A stretch of DNA of 59,513 bases, the filler included, from Platydemus manokwari (Eukaryota): NCBI GenBank assembly GCA_037951405.1. It is 6 parts of 6 records of this genome, joined end to end, with 100 filler letters (N's around TTAATTAATTAA, not from the genome) between each part and the next. Parts side by side here need not be neighbours in the genome. Positions count along the whole stretch, not along the records: positions 8,892 to 19,763 come from JBBMOY011098850.1; positions 19,864 to 28,977 come from JBBMOY011297761.1; 4 more parts are not named here. The stretch is one strand, 5' to 3'. The first letter of the stretch is position 1, and each line of letters starts with the position of its first letter. Positions 11,716 to 25,104 of the stretch are shown piece by piece. The notes under the pieces were generated by a model that did not search any database, was not told the origin of the DNA, and was given only the letters and a program-made list of their open reading frames with translations. A program made the translations under genes and the position numbers.

Positions 11716-14700
11716 TTTTAAATTGCAAAAAATTGACTCTCATAATCAAACAACGCAGGGAAACTAAAATGAATGTCATGCATCAAGTAGTGCCATAGAT
11801 CAAGTTATAATAACTTTTTCATAATAATTAATTTTTTGAGTTATTTTCATTCAAGACAGTCACAAGTATTGATTTAACAGTTTATTGAGTTTTTATTTTA
11901 ATATGGGAACAATTTAATGTTAAAAAGACCCAATAAAATCCACAAGCTATACACGTACCTGATAGATATGAAAAAGACTTAAAATTCAAAAATCTTCACC
12001 ATTTTTAAATACTTTCATTGACATATTAAAACAATTAAGCAACTCCTTTTTATTTTAATATCGCTTACAACTATGGACACCTGTTGTAATCAACATATTC
12101 TTCAAATAGTATTACTATCTAACCAATTAATCATCATACATTGAATATCTCATTTATTAATAGATGTAACTAAACAAATCTTCAGCTGAAATTGTATTTT
12201 GAAAATATTGATGTATAAGAATTGCTAGAACGATAGTAATTTAATTTTATTAAGCGCATAAATAATTACTATGTACACGCATATATAGAACAGAGACAGT
12301 TAAGACGAAACAGATGGAATTCTCATAAAAATAAACATTTAAGACACGTTCCTTGTTTACAAGATGGATACCTCATTTATATAATCAATTTGGGTCATAA
12401 TTGATATCGTAGTCATCAATACGTAATCAAAAGCACACTGATGATATTCATTACATATAAAATAGAATCTTATCTCTTATCATTTATTAAAGAGAGGTTA
12501 TTTATTCCATATTCCTCTTAGACCAACATACATCAGAAATCGTAGGAGAAAATAATTTTAAAAGCAGTTTTATGAATTTGTTAGCATAATCTGAAATTAA
12601 AGAATGTATTAAACTGAATATTTATCCTCGTTCCAAGTTATGAAATCAATCGATATATTAAACTAGTTTTCCTTCATAAACTGTTATCTTTGATCGAAGT
12701 CACGAATCTCTTTACCAAACCAGACGAAGTAATATTCTTTTTATCTTTTATCAAGATTTATAATCGCAGTGTATATACGCTAGTCAGGAACTTATTCTTT
12801 GAAAGAATGTTAACTAGTTAAACTCTGAATTCGTGTAAAATATTTTTTTATTATGTTAAATAGAATCAGATTTTAAGGAATCACAGGTCATGAAACGAGA
12901 ATCCACAAAAACGGTGAAATCACCAAGATTTTAAGAATAATTTTGATAAACAATCAAACTCGATTGATATCATATCTGTTTTTACACACAAAGCAAAATG
13001 AATTGACTTGGCTATAAAATTATAAACCAGTTTAGAACACATTGATAAAATACTCCTGAAAATCAAATACAAGGAATAAAATGTCTTAAATTAACTTGTA
13101 ATTATTAAAATTTTCTGCAACGAGCTTGAATTGGTAAATCTACAATCGTCGATACATCTTTATCTTAAAATTTTTTTTAAAATTAATTTTATTTCTACAT
13201 TATGTCAGTTTTGTTTTCCTTCTTAACACATTTGTTAAGGTGATGTTGAAAATGAAAAAAATATGAAATTGAAATTTTCAATAATTTTCTTGAAAGTAAA
13301 TCAAGATGAACCTTGGATGTCATCACCAACTTTTGATATTACAAGTATGACTAAAATAACTAAATTTTTAAAATTTATTTTCAATTAATATCACTGAACT
13401 GATAAATCAAAACATTGATTCGTTGAAAATAAAATCTAGTCTCCTATTTAATGATAAATTAATATTAAATAAAGTATTGATATTAAATATATTGATATTA
13501 ATTATATTAGTGAATGACGAATGGATTTTCGATTAGATTGATATTAAGTGAGTTGATAATATCCGAATTTTTCAGTATTAGCCAATGAAAACAATGTGAA
13601 ACAAACCAAGTGAGATTATCCTATAAGTGATAAAAATATTCATGTATACATAAATCATCACTTAATAGTTGTTTGAAGAAATTATTTATTGTCAATCATG
13701 GATTAAAATCAAATCATGAAATCATTAACAGATTCTAAAATGATATTACTGGAAATAAATTACTAAAATCAATTAAAATTGAATTAAAAAGTAAGAAATC
13801 ATTACTTGATTCCACTAATTCCCTTATTTCTTGTGCACTGCTAACGTAGTTAAAAATATGATGCAATTAAATAATGGAAAATGTATTTGTGATTTTATAT
13901 TTATGATTTTCTTTTGATAATTATCATTTTTAAAAATTAAATTGAGTTTTTGGGAAATTGAATTCCACAATGAATTGAATTAGAGTAAATGTATCTGATA
14001 ACATAAGAAATTATAGAGCAAGTATTCAGATAAAATACAAGCTAGCATTGAGTCATTGCCGCCGGGCATAGGAAAAATAATTTATTAAGAGCAGAAAGTA
14101 GATATTGAGTTCAGATGAGACAAACCAGATTATATAATAGATGGGTAGTTTGAGATGAAATATCGATATCGAAACAAAGCCATATTGGTTTTCTTAATAT
14201 CAAGGAAACAATAAATATACATTAAGGAATTTTGTCAGGGATAACTTTATTAGTATGTGGATTTCAGATAAATTTTTAGATCTATTAATAACTATGCTTA
14301 TTAGTGAATTTCCTGATAATAGTAAATATTTACATTACAACTCATGGAAATAATTCCAAATATTTGCTTATCATTTGACACGGTGCATTATATTCAACAG
14401 GAAAACACACAAGATTTGGCATTTTGATTTTGAACATTATCGAATGATTGCAAATTCCTGATTTACAAGTATTGAATGTTCAAGGGGATCAAATTCCCCA
14501 CGAACATCAAATGTAGCTTGAACAGAGTATCAAATTCCAGATGAGAATGTTTTATCATCTAATTTCCAAAAAATAAATCTTAAGTAAAAATACCCGATAA
14601 CATTTTCCTTAAAGCAACATGTCGAGAAATTTTTGAGAAAGTAATTCAGTAAGAAATATCGTACGGTATTGTTGTGGTGTTATAATATTAAATAATGATA

Positions 14701-15227
14701 AATAGTTTTTGAATAATTTTAATTTAATTCACAATGGTCATGATTATTGGTGACTGATTCATTGATTGTTCTGCTATTCAATAATTAGTGTAAAATATGA
14801 CCTCGAATTCATAATTTCATAATTCTCTCAGTGGTGGATTTGAATCCTTACATTTACTTTACTTACAACTTATTGTGATCTATGATTGGGTTTGGGTTTC
14901 ACTTCAACGCATCATCGGAAATCATACTCTAGATAATAAATAAAATGTTAAAGACTAACAATAATTTATTGGTATGTTATAGATTTTTAGGTTTGTCGTT
15001 TCAACGATATTGGAAATAATTCAAAAATGAGTACTGTCAGGGTCTGTTATCAAAAATCGATTACCAATTAACATTTGTTTGTCGATTTTAAATTTCTTCA
15101 TCATCCCCTTAAGGACTTAAATTAGCAACTCATGAATCATACAGAATTTATTTCCTTAATTAAAAATAAAAAAACGAAAATAAGAGAATGTTTATATTTG
15201 GCTTTGTTTGTTGGAGGTTTTAAATAT

Positions 15228-15707
15228 CATTGGGTGAGTTAAAATTCTGCAAAAGAAAAATGGATTTGCACCTTGGAACCCTTATTTAAGCACTTTAAAC
15301 ACTTGCATGCTTACACAACCATGCAGGCATACTAACCAATCAATCACAGTAGAGTTAGATGGTAAACGACAATTGGAAAAAGGGAAATAGTCACACAACA
15401 GCACACACATAAGGATTATACAAACTCACTCATGCAAAAACTAAAAAACCCAATAAGAACATGGAAATGCAAAGATCGAAACAAAATGTAATACAAAACG
15501 AGTCAAAAATTACACACAGATTTCGATTATAAATATCTATGTAAAGGTGGCCAACTGTCAGTTGGAAGCCAGGTTTTTTATATTTTGAGAACTATGTTGA
15601 GTGTATTTTTTTTATAAGTCGTACTGAGTAGTGTGAAATAGAAAATAAAGTTAGCCTTCTAGTTTTTGAAGTCGTTGATTAGTCAATTGTTTAGAAGTAT
15701 TTTAACA
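15228..15707 (+). mobile_element. Dispersed repeat family B, copy 1 (probable solo LTR)
   Basis: Colinear with 59052-59511 and with 49941-50449 in reverse (ctgcaaaa, ccttggaaccctt, actttaaaca, gttagatggt, ttggaaaaaggg). Ends with ...TAACA. Confidence 0.7.
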
Positions 15708-16691
15708 CATCTCTTGAAAAAAAAATCACACTTTATAGCTCAGTAAGTTTGACCCAATCCAATTTTATTATTCAGCTAACTCATTTTTGCTTAAGTTTTG
15801 AGAACTCGTTTACCCGATCTACGGAAATTTATCGAGACCGTTTTCGAAGTCCTTTTTTAGATTATCAACTCGAATTTATTGACTCGTGTTTGGAGGGTCA
15901 TATGGTGACTAATGATTCCCGGTACCAACCAAGATCACCTTTCCAATTTACAAGTCTCCGAAACTCTTGTTATGTTAAGAAATACTTATTATTATTAGCT
16001 GTTGATTCTTAAAATTACATTAATTATTTTATCTTTTATTTATTTGTTATTAAATTTGTTTAAATTAATCAACTCTTAATTTCATATTATTTATATTTCT
16101 AAAATCATTAACTAAATTTTATTGGGTTATGCGTCGTTAATATGCACTGGGAAACGAGGAATCTCATCGATTTCTACTTCCCAACAAGTAGCATAATGTA
16201 ATATTAAGTAGGAAATAATATTCTTATTGTTTTAATGAACAAATTTCAATTATCTTCAACATTTAGTTGACTTAAGGTTAATTAGTTAATGAAATATTTG
16301 AAAGAAATCCTAAAAGAAAAACATTTCACAGCTTATTTGACATGTGGATTCAGCATCTGATGTGTAGATTTTGACAAATCTAATCTCTACTATAAAATTA
16401 GATGTCCTTCCCACACATTAACTCACAATAATCGTATTTTATCACTCAGTTTGAATATGAAACTCCAGTCATCAACCGGTAACAACACCGATGTTAGTTT
16501 TTCGAATTCCAATCCATTTGATTTGAAAATAAATCTCCTTTTTGATTATTTTCCGAATTTATTTGAGAAAAAACAATATGGTAAAATAATTAAGAAAATA
16601 ATCTGATCATTTCAATCAACGAACTCTAATAATTGAGTTAGGTTATCAATCGACAATTCAGATATGAAAATTGTAATAACCAAAATGTCAC

Positions 16692-17131
16692 TATCAAAGT
16701 CTCAATAACAACAGTAAATCTTTTCACAGTTCACAAAGTAAATCATTCAAGACGGTAAAAACGCACGAAAGTCAAAAACAGAATGGAAAGTAAACAAAAA
16801 TACTGGTTACTAAAAATCACACAACGATATGCTTAACACTCAATTTGCCGACGAAAAAAGCCTGACCTATCAAGTGTGCTTGCTTGATCTCAAGAATCTT
16901 CGTTTTTCATTTGCTAAATTTTTTCGTAGATCCTTCTAATCGAGATTTTCTTCGTATCTCTTTCGCGCAATTATCGGATATTTGAGCTTGCTGCCGTTTG
17001 TAGGTATGTGGCGGTCTGAATCTGATTGGTTAACGGAACGCGTGTTTACCGGGTCTTTGTGTATTGACAGTTTTTAGGGTTCTTTCCTTGGTTCTTGTGA
17101 CACTTTTAATTGATTTGTGAAATCCGCAACA
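16692..17131 (-). mobile_element. Dispersed repeat family A, copy 2 (probable solo LTR)
   Basis: Homologous to 8895-9382; the minus strand begins TGTTGCGG. Confidence 0.7.
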
Positions 17132-19763
17132 ATTATGCAAATGTAATAAATCTAAATCACAAATAAAAATAAGTGCAAATTTCATTTATTATTTGATTGG
17201 TGATCGAAAATGTGAATGAAATGATCGTGAGTCAGAATCCATTCGCTATCGAATCATTAAACCACGGTTTGAAAGTTTTATGTGGTAATGATGAGTATAA
17301 AAGATTAGGAAACCGGTGTATAACGGAGTAAATTTTGGAATTGTCCAGGAATCAATCATAAAGCATTCAAAACTCTAAAACTTGATTAAATTGAAAATAT
17401 CATTTGGACTTTCATTGCTTGCTTATTGGAATCCTAAATTTCGACAGTCATGGGAAAATGCGTCATATAAAGAACAAATTAGGCTTAAATCGTGAACATG
17501 CATTTGGATTCGATTTAAAAAAGGTGAAACGGCATGAAATTGCAGAAAGGAAAAAAGAAAAACAAATGAAAAATGTAAGGAAGATATAGGAAAACTATGA
17601 AGAAGATATAAAGTAGATGAACGAAACAGAAATTATTATATAGATAAATATCTAGAGAATGTGATGTAGAGATATTTAAGGATGACAAGAAAATGAGTAT
17701 TTTAAAATGATGATGGTGATTTTTAAAATATGTATTTAAAAGATTTTATAATATGATCTTTTATATCAATTTCTTTAAATGATTATCATTAAATATGATT
17801 TTGTGTCGTGACTTTTCCAATAGCTTTCAATGTGTGCTTTATGAAATAGTTGCGGATTAGATGAGCCACTTAATCTACCAATGTTATTGATTTGATCGTA
17901 TTATATTTTCTGGTTTAAATTTTAAAATCAAAACTAGACCTTTAAGTCAACTGTTAATTTTAAGTATTTAATTTTAAATTTTATGTTATTTTAATAATTA
18001 TTTGATTAATCATTTGTAAAATCTTCTAATTGATTTTCATATAACTGTGTCAGTTTCGTCTTCGACCTGATTAACACAATATTAACAATAATAATAATAA
18101 TTATTATAATAATTTTTACTATAAATTTATAAGCATTTCTTTTGATTTTGGATGCTGCAATTCAGAGTTGCTTTCAATGATTTAATAAATTAATATTATA
18201 AAAATTAATAGCCTGGAATATGCGAATAGAAATATTACAAGTAGCCATTACAAATGAGCCCCATATTACACAATTGTTTTCTTTTATCAATATAAAACGA
18301 TGAACACAAAGCATTTATCCCATCAATCCAATCTTGATAAACTATCTAATTAAGTTGAATTGTCTTTGTGATTCAAAAAAATAGTTGTCTGATTTTAAAA
18401 ATTTAGAACAAAGCTCTGTTAGAATTTCTTTATCCAATTTTATTGAATGTCGCTATTGGAAACATCTAGATTGATAAATTGTAATTGGTTTATAATTTTC
18501 TATCAAATGTATTTTGCTAAAGATGTAGTTTTAAGTTTAATTTAGTCTGAAAATAGATAAAAATTTCCGCTAGTTAACACTTTACATATAAATGTTTGAA
18601 TGTGTGTCCGTTGAATATTCTATTATTCCAACATTGTTATACTCACACCCTCATCATGATACTTGTTGGTTGCCAAAATTTCTTCATTTTTAATATTCAA
18701 ATCAAAAGTCATGTTAACAACTGAACAAAAATTCTATTCGTCAGTACATCAGTTTTTAAAAAAATATTAAATGCCAAATTTATTTCCATCTGATTTGTCT
18801 TCATTTTTGATGAAAATATGAAATTACCCACATTTCTTATTATATCTTATTGCTTTTTAAAGAATTTAAATTTGAATTTTAGTAATTTTAATAATTTTAA
18901 AACTGAGAGTTTAACAGTTTTTTGTTATCAAAATCCTTTTATAAATATTAATATGCTGTAACAATTTTTAAAATAATTTTTTAAAATTATCTTTTAGTCC
19001 AATTTCTAATAATTCTAATCCGATTGTAATTTTTAATTATTCATCGTATTTTTAAATGAACCTCACAGTACTTTCAACTCATAACGGTTGTATAAAATCT
19101 CGAGTCCAATATTACTTGGTTAACTCATTTGTGAAAGTATCCATTACTATTTATATAAGATTTATTTTGAATATTTTTGAGTTTTTTAAAACATTTTTTT
19201 AATTGTTTTGATTTAAACAAATGACGGAAAATACATTTAAATAATATGTTTGAATAACTTCGTTAAATATTGCACCTCAGATCCCTGGTTTTTAAACTTT
19301 TTATATACAAGTGTACATAACCATAGAAACATAGTAACTAGCCAATTAGAGAAGACTTACATTGAAGATTTTAATTCGAAAAGAGGTATCATTACACAGT
19401 AAAACACACGAAACCAGAGAAATAAAAAATCGGATTAAAATGTAACTCACAAAATCACATAGAAATATCAAATAACGGTGCAAAGCTGGTCCATTGCCGA
19501 TGATAATTGGAATCGACGTTGTTCGTGGGAATACTGCAACCTTCAAATTTTCAGAGAACCAAACAATATACTTTTGTGGGTATTCTTTTGATTTTTAAAT
19601 GGTAGTAGCTAAGATCTATTAGAGTTTATTTTGTATCGTAAAAGGAAATATAACATGTCATGTTATATATATTGAAATATCAGTTCTACATTTTGGTAAT
19701 TATATTTTAACATAGCTGGTACTTCAATGGGATTTAATAGTTAATAATATAAATTGTTAACTG

Positions 19764-19863
19764 NNNNNNNNNNNNNNNNNNNNNNNNNNNNNNNNNNNNN
19801 NNNNNNNTTAATTAATTAANNNNNNNNNNNNNNNNNNNNNNNNNNNNNNNNNNNNNNNNNNNN
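19764..19863. other. Artificial contig-join spacer
   Basis: N44-TTAATTAATTAA-N44. Confidence 0.97.
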
Positions 19864-21297
19864 TATGCAAAATGTACTTTAAATAAATAAATATTTTTCA
19901 AAAAAAACCGAAATTTTAAGGTTATACACCTAATAATATTTACCCATTTCAAGAGCTTTGTTTCTCACACCCTTTAACTTTTTCATCAGATTTTCTTATT
20001 ATTTTAAATAGTTATTCTATAACCATTGACTTTTACTTTGTCTATTTTTAAGTTTGTCTATATTAGATTATTTTTCATATAAAATTATAATCGATTTATT
20101 ATGACAAGCTGTAAGAATATTATGTGTATTGATAAACCTGTTTATTTTTAAGAAATAATTGATCACAATAATTGAGGATCAGTGATTTACTGGACATATT
20201 TTAATATAAATATTAAAAATCAAACTTAATAATTAATTTTAATATTTCTTGTAAATATTTGCACTAAAATAATTGTGTTGAAAGAAATCAATCATGTGAA
20301 TGCCATGAAATCACAGAAAAATCATAAATTAGAAACAAAATTTTGTAATTTTCAGTGATTTGAAATTTCGATTAGCCTTTCAGAAAAATATCGATTTTTC
20401 AAGTGAAATTGTTTCTTACAAACTCATAATTGAATCCCGTTATCATTCATAATAAAGAGCATTTACATGATTTTATAAAGACCTTTGGAAGAATATTCAA
20501 AGCAAATTGTATCTTCGAGAACAATTTACTATTTCGATGATAGGACTGATTTGATGAAAATGAGGCAAAGTTTATTAAGAGATTTACATCCCAAACAAGC
20601 ATATAATATTCATAAATAACTTTATTCAAATATACAGTGGCTCTTAAGACGTCCATGGAAAAATACACTCAATTTGTGGATCTTCACAGACTACATGAAA
20701 TCCTCACGGGAAAAATTAATCGGAAATCAAGTTTTAAGAGGTACTGATAATTCAAATGCTTTAAAGCTTTGCTAGAATATATAATAATTTATATACAACG
20801 TTTTTCATTCCCACATAATGGTTTGCCCCAAATCAATTATCTCAAGAGCTAACCAGTAATTATGGGCTTTAAAAGAAACATTTAGTTTTGCTACATGATG
20901 AGATAGATTGTGATAGAAGAAATATATTCTAAACATTGTGATAATTTTAGAGGCTTCCATCAAAATACGATGCAATGGTTCAAATCTGGGATTTGATTTG
21001 TCGAAAAATGGTAATTTTGTGTTCTTTTAACAAGAATTTTTTATAAAATGAATTTTATTTTTTGGAAAAGTCATACAGTATATAATGATATAATAATTTT
21101 AATGAGAATAAAATTAGAAAGACAACAAATTAAGGAGTTAATAACAAATTTGAAATAGTCATATCGATATATAATTAAAAACTTTATTTTTGACTTAATT
21201 CATTTATATACTTGAGAATTTCTGACTGTTTCGATATTATTGAAAATATTATGTTATTGTAGAGTTTAAATCTAAAAAAAACTAGAACATCACTAAC

Positions 21298-24200
21298 CAT
21301 GCCATATTAGATAAAATGTCACTATTATCTGATAAACAGATTGGCCTAGAATATTTTTAATCATTCGACGACTTATTATAGACTTAGTTCGGCCGTAAGG
21401 TGCACGATCCAATAATTCTTCGGTTGGCAATTCTGTTGCTAATGCTAAGGAAGCCAATGTGTCCATTATAAGATTAACCCAAAGCATTTGAACAGCTTTC
21501 AGAGGACTATCCTATATTATTGAATATTTAAATTTCAAATACATTAAATTTTTAAAACAGATTCGAAAAAGATTTATTTAAACATTAAAATATTAATTAT
21601 TCAACATAAAAACAAAACACTGCTGATTATTCAAAGCTTAAAAACAATCTTCAAGTGATTAGAAATGAAAATATACAGTTGCAATAATGTGTGGAGCATT
21701 GATTGTTATAATCTAGAACACCCTGCACGGTTCACTTTTATGTTTAACACGTGAAGAACAAATAAACTCGAGCACCTGTTTATGTTCTTATGTTATTATA
21801 TCTCAAGAAAACAGACACTAAGGTTTTGCTTTAAAATCCGTTGAAGAAATTTTGTGTTCTGAATATATTCATGTATTGAATATATATATTTTGTGTTCTG
21901 AATATATTCATGTATTGAATATGTATATTTTGTGTTCTGAATATATTCATGTATTGAATATATATATTTTGTGTTTTGAATATATTCATGTATTAGATGT
22001 GTATATTACGCACTGAACATATTCATCAAATTTATAAAGTATAAATTGAAAGGATTTTAGAATAAGAAAACAGTAAAATCAACCTACCTTAATGATGCAA
22101 GCACCAACAAATGCTACAATCACGGCTACGACATTAACAGTTAACTGAAACTGAAGAAATTTTGAAATAGAGTCATAGACATTTCTTCCCCATAAAACAG
22201 CTTTGACAATACTGGTGAAATTATCATCCGTTAAAATAATATCAGATGCCTCTTTAGCCACATCCGTTCCAGCAATTCCCATTGCAAAACCAACATCAGC
22301 CTTCTTCAATGCTGGCCCATCATTGGTACCATCTCCTGTCACAGCAACCACTTCTCTAGCAGTAGATAAATGGCTGTCAATTATACCAGTAACAAGAGTA
22401 TATTTATCTTGCGGTGACGATCGAGCTAAAACTCGAAGCCGTGGCCAAATCTAGAACAACATAATCATAAAGAATTTTAAATACCCATTACAATGTCTAG
22501 TACAATTTATATCTAAGTTGGAATGTATTATTTTAAAACACTGGTAACTTCAAAAACAATTATGCGACCTAGAACATTATATTACATGATGACATAAAAT
22601 CTCAATTACAAATTGGAAAAGATATAACCGAAGAAAATTTCCACATCAGAAAAAATTGGGAATATTGGCTAATTTTATCATATTATGAATTTACGAATCA
22701 CCATCTTGCAATAACACATAGTTTTGATTGAAAAATGATTATTATCATTATAGATTTTGATATCGATGATTCAGTGATTTCAACTAATAGTTCAACTAAA
22801 TCCAACAAGACGTATAAAATAAAGAAGCTCTGATATAAAATATCGCATTAGCTTACTAAGCAGCCCGGTGTCTTAAAACTAATAGAAAATTTAATTTATC
22901 TTGAATTTGATAAGTTTAAACAAGCTTTGTATTGAAATATAAATACGTTTTGATTCAAAACCGATTTCAATGTTCTCAATAATCTAATTCGTTTGATATT
23001 AGCTGACCTTTAGTGTTTAATAATAAAACCGATAAAATTCTTTAAAAATTCATACAGAATAATTTTCAAAATTTGCTCTTTTCCCCGATACTACGGCTTC
23101 TAATGTTTTTAATGTTCATATTGTTTCAGAAAAATGGAATCCAAAATCAATAAAACTTTATCAATTCAATAATTCCTATCATAAAATATGAGCCAAATAT
23201 TATTATGAGATCAAAATGAAATTTCAAAGCGTCACCAAGGCTAAGTGGTATGTCAATGAAATAGACGGCTGGTTTTAAATACATCAATGGTTGAATGGTT
23301 AATTCAAGATTCCGTATTCGATAGCTGTGAGTAGAAAAGGATTTATTGATGAACTAGCTGCTGAAATTAGTGGGAATGGATCAATGAGGAAATCATTACA
23401 ATTCTTTCAATAAAATCAGAATATATTTGATGGACAAATTAATAAATAAATGTATATATTAAAATAATTGATATTCAATTGCACATTGACACAAAAATGG
23501 CTTGATTGGTAATGAAATCAAATATTAATATTATCTAACACACCAAGTTGATGATAAAATGAAAGATAAAATATTACATTTGATAAAAGGCATTCATAAA
23601 TGATAAATAATTGAAAATAATATTTGTGAATAAATTTTGCTTGTCAAAATGAATTTGAGTATAAAATTTGTTTGATAAATCTTCAAACGATCTCAAGCGG
23701 CACAATTCACAGAAAATCAAATTAAAAAATAGTGAAACTAATTGATGATAAAAGAAATTTAATGTCTAATTGTGTTTAAATTAATGTCAAAATAGTTACA
23801 AAATCAAATCACAATTAAATGATATGCAGTACTGAATTTTAAAATGTTAAGAACTAAAAAAAGAAACTATCGATAACTGTAATATTATAATATAAAGATA
23901 AAAAAATTATAAAATAAACATGATGGTGATTGTACTTAACGGATATGTTAAACTTGTGTCATATTCTTTATTCTTTATCTTGGTTGCTTGTTTAAATCAT
24001 TGATAATAATTATACTGCAAAAATAAAAAAAATTTTAAAAAAATTTGTAAAAAAGATAAAAATACTGCCCAAAGATAAACAATCGAAAAAATTTTTTGTA
24101 AATCTTGGCTAAAATTAAGCAAAGGCGATTTCCTCAGACATAATTTAATTATGATGAATGTATCTGGTATAATCTGATTTAATAATTTTATTTTTTGAAA

Positions 24201-25060
24201 ATTCCATATAAAAATTCATTTCAGAGAAAAATTGTTTGAATTCTATGTTCATGTTTTTCATTATTCAGCTTGTAAATGGTATGGTTTCATGGATTGATGC
24301 CGCACATTCAGTGATTAACAGTGTCATGTTGATAACTGACGCTTAAAAGGTAACTGCATGAACTTCAATAAAACATATCAATGATTTATCTGGTCTTGTC
24401 TATCATTTTTCAATTAAATATTAATTAATACATCGAAATTTGACTTTGTATTCATTGGCCTCTAGAAATTTTATTGGCCAAGAAGAATTCATGATGTCAA
24501 AAAATTTTGTATTTTAATAAATTATTTGTTTTTGTCAATTTTTTTACCATTTCCTGAATGTTGATTTATTCTTGGAGTTCATTTGATATCACACTTTTTA
24601 AAATGTTGAATTATTAACTCAAGTATTTATTCTAATCTAAACACTCATTATATTAATTCATGGACTTTGTAAATTTATTTTTTTTAATTATAAATCAATT
24701 TAGTGATCATTATTAATAATATCATACTGCTTGTTCTTGTAAAATAATTGCAACAATTGAGAGTATCTAATTATTTGCATCTAATATTAAAACAAAATGG
24801 ATTCTCGATAATTTTTAATACATTTCAATTCGACCAACTTTGATTTCTGTTAAAGCTTTAGATGATTTAATATTTGATTTCAGAAAGCTAAAAATTCTAC
24901 TTAAATATCTAAATCAAAATGTTTTCAATAAATACAATTAAATAAACTAAAGTGCTTTAGCAATATGCTTAACAAAATAAAAATTTTATTCAAGACCCTT
25001 GTTCAGCTTTAGTCAAAATCATACATACAAATATGTACAAATACATACAAATATATACAA

Positions 25061-25104
<44 letters not shown>

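Noticed and set aside
13240-14560. Exon-like open stretches (13240-13344 plus; about 14335-14560 minus)
   Set aside because: No recognisable homology or partner exons; the minus stretch has stops.
17282-17324. Hammerhead-like string ATGATGAG..GGAAACCGGTG
   Set aside because: Needs at least three core changes (C3, C11.1, cleavage base) and stem I is weak; at best a dead remnant.
21851-22005. CRISPR-like array
   Set aside because: Head-to-tail tandem units with no unique spacers, in a eukaryotic intron.
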